This document shows positions 61,135-64,000 of a stretch of 64,000 nt of DNA, in pieces. The notes beneath the pieces are model-generated. The model searched no databases. It was not told the origin of the DNA and saw only the letters and a program-made list of their open reading frames with translations. The DNA is taken from NCBI RefSeq assembly GCF_038025025.1, contig NW_027117342.1, positions 1 to 64,000 on the forward strand, in the 5' to 3' direction. The stretch is from Phyllosticta citribraziliensis (Eukaryota). The translations under genes were made by a program, and so were the position numbers. The number at the start of each line of letters is the position of its first letter. Positions within the stretch are counted from its first letter, which is position 1.

Positions 61135-64000
61135 TGTCATAAAGTAGTAAATTAGTACTAAGTAAGGCGAGTTAATTAGCTAATAATTAATAATTATAAG
61201 GTAGAGTAGTAGGGAGGATATAGAGCTATAGCTAACTTAGCCTATAGCTTACTTAGGCGCGTGCGCTACTATATAACTAAGGTTTAGCTAACCCTATACC
61301 TTAGTATCCTTATAGGCCTTATAGGCCTTATATCTACTCTACTACCTATCTACTCTATCTACTATTAATTTATCTTACTACCCCCCCTCCCCTCTAGGTC
61401 CTTAACCTAAGGACTAGCTATTAGGTAGGTATAGTCCCTTTTTATTACTTATCTAATACTAATTTAGGATAGTTTTAGCTACTCTATTAAATAAGCTGTT
61501 ATTAGTATCTTACTAGGTTATATTAGGTAGATATCCTATTTAATAGACCTAAAACTATAGTATACCTCCCCTTTACTTATTTATCTAGGCATCTAGGACC
61601 TCTTATACGTACTACTCTTCTTTACTCTTATTATTTAGTTCTAGTAGTAGGGGTGGTTCTTATTAGCTAGGTAGCAGCCTGTTATTATATTAGTATAACT
61701 ACTCTATATTAAATTAGTTTATAATGTAAGAACCTTATAGTAGGTCTAATATTACCTAGTTACCTCTTATAGAGTCTACTTAATAAGGCCCTAGATTAGG
61801 CCATCTAAGCTTCTAGGGGCGTCTAGTATCTATATACTTTACTTTAATAAAGATAAGGTTATTCTCTTAAATATTATAAGTGCGCTGGTACTTATTAGCT
61901 TAGTATACTTATCTCTCCTTTATAAGTATAAGTACTAACTAAGTCTTTAACTAGATATCCTCTATTAGTTTTACTTATTCTATAGCTAATACCTTAGCTC
62001 TTAATTTTATCTTTAGTCTTACTTTACTATAATTAAAGCTTATACGCGGTTTAAAGCTATAATATATAAAGAAGGGGGATATGCCTATAGACGCGTTAAC
62101 TAGCATATTAGTTATAAGTTTAGTAATTAGTAACTATATATCCTAGTTGTCTTATCTCTAGTTAATAAAGCTATATAAGTACTTCTTAAGCTCTTAGTTA
62201 GCTTGTTCTATTTAGCTATCTAACTATAGGTAATAAGGAGTTATTAGCTTAGCTATTATCTTTAGCTACTATAGTACTTCCTTCTATAAGTTAGTAATAA
62301 ACTAAGGGCTATAGTCTAAGATAATAGTCCTTAGTAGGCTATAGAGGCTAAAGACCTACTTAATTATTATCTTAGCTATCTTAGCTACTCCTATCCCGCC
62401 GTCTTCTATACTATACTTAATATAGTACTTAGATTTACTAAACTAGTTATATACTATAAGAATAGTATTATAGCCCTACTTAGTTCTCTTAAGGCTAGTT
62501 ATAAAGTCTATAGTAAGGTCCTCCTATAGGTGCTCCTCTACTAGTAATAGCTATAGTAGGCTATTTATCTTATTATACTTCTAGCTATAACTATAAAGTA
62601 TATAGTTCTTTATAAGTTAGGTGATCAGCTCCCTTATTTTTAGGAAATAATACTAGCTTAATACTATAGGGTATATCCTAGCTATACCTAGGTATCCTAT
62701 TACTAGCTACTTATATATATACCTAAGTAGGTAGATATATAGGTTGTCCTCCTCTAGGATATATAGCCTATTAGCTATATATAGTAAGCTATTATAAAGT
62801 ATATATACTTTATACTCTCCTACCTACTTATAGAGAGAGTCTATTTCTAGTATTATTTTATAGTTATACTATTTAATTACTTTAATAATATCCTCTAGGT
62901 CTACTAGGTCTAGTTAGCTAGTAATAGCTTTAGAGTCCTCTTCCTAGGTGCTGTTATTATCTTTCCTTCTACTAGTTATTAGGTTTACTATACTAGTAAA
63001 AGGTAAAGTAAGTAGAGAAGGAGTATTATAGCCTGCTCCTCTTAAGCTTAACTAATTAATTAAGGTCTACTCTCCCTATTTATAGTTGCTAATATTGTTA
63101 CTTATAAATTATATTAGGATAGGGGAAAGTACTAAGCTAATAAGTAGTATTAGTTACTTATTCTCTAGCTTTACCTTAGTATACTCTAGGTTATCTTTAA
63201 TAATGCTATTATTATACTTACTAGGTTTATTTATAATAGAGTTAGTCTAGTCCCCTTTTAATAGCTTTAAGTCCTACTATTTATAAGACTTATCTAGTCT
63301 TTTAGGGGGGAGTAGCACCTAATACTAGTACTAGTTATAATTATTATTTTTAGTTACTTAGTCTTATATTTAGTAGGTAAGAGTATTAGCTTTACTATTT
63401 ACTTTTCTAAATTAGTAGATAATCTTAAAATAGTATCCTACTAGCTCTTTATTCTACTAAATCTAACGCCTCTAAAGCTTCTTAGTTATTATAAACCACT
63501 ATAGTATTTAGTAATTGGTATATATAGTAAATAGCTCTAGATCTACTAATTTTAGTTCTAGCTCCTAGGCTTTAAGTACTATAATAATAGCTAATAACTC
63601 CTTATTATAGATCGCGTAGTTAGTTTTAGCTAGAGTTATAGTATATAAGAAGAAGGCTACTAGGTATATTTATCTATTAATCTTTTAGGAGAGGACTCTA
63701 CTAATATTAATATTAGATATATTAGTTTCTATAATAGTCTTAAGCTTTAGGTTAAAGTAGTATAATATAGGTACGCTTATTATAGTATCTTTAAGAGCCT
63801 TAAATACTTATTACTAGTCTAGTCCCTATATAAATAGGATGTCCTTCCCTATTAGTTATATTAGTAGCTTAGCTTTACTACTAAATCTATAGATAAAATG
63901 CCTATAGAAGTTTATAAATCCTAAGAATAACTAGATATTATATACTAAGTATAGGGCCTGCTAGCCTATAATTACTTTAATCTTTATAGGGTCTATCCTT
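61135..64000 (-). mobile_element. Third Gypsy chromovirus (3' LTR ~61135-61377, PPT, chromodomain, integrase, RNase H); runs off the window
   Basis: PPT complement CCCCCCCTCCCCTC at 61381; EDLTIDFITSL (~62500), NYAIYNKELLAI (~63600), FLGFINFYRHFI (~63910). Confidence 0.85.

Overview
Fungal (filamentous ascomycete-type) genomic DNA with a sharp three-part isochore structure. (1) 1-~2318: AT-rich, RIP-saturated higher-order tandem repeat (~160-bp monomers inside ~958-bp units). (2) ~2320-32191: GC-rich island with no recognisable core gene. It holds a few intact orphan ORFs and many decayed genes or gene fragments: a CenH3/CENP-A-like histone, two Ulp1/C48 SUMO-protease-like pseudogenes, two copies of the 5' end of a Bqt4-like APSES/KilA-N gene, a Sen1-type helicase motif-VI fragment, a C2H2 protein and an orphan gag. 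Three related palindromic tandem arrays (core CATACTCGCCGGCGAGTATG, two of them also carrying TCACGTGA) each sit directly upstream of one of these chromosome-biology gene relics. (3) 32192-64000: RIP-saturated stack of nested LTR retrotransposons (two Copia on +, three chromodomain Gypsy on -), with LTRs, PBS/PPT and some TSDs still resolvable. The most novel signal is the repeated 'palindrome array + captured chromatin/nuclear-envelope/SUMO gene piece' module. Family assignments come from motifs read by eye; no searches were run.
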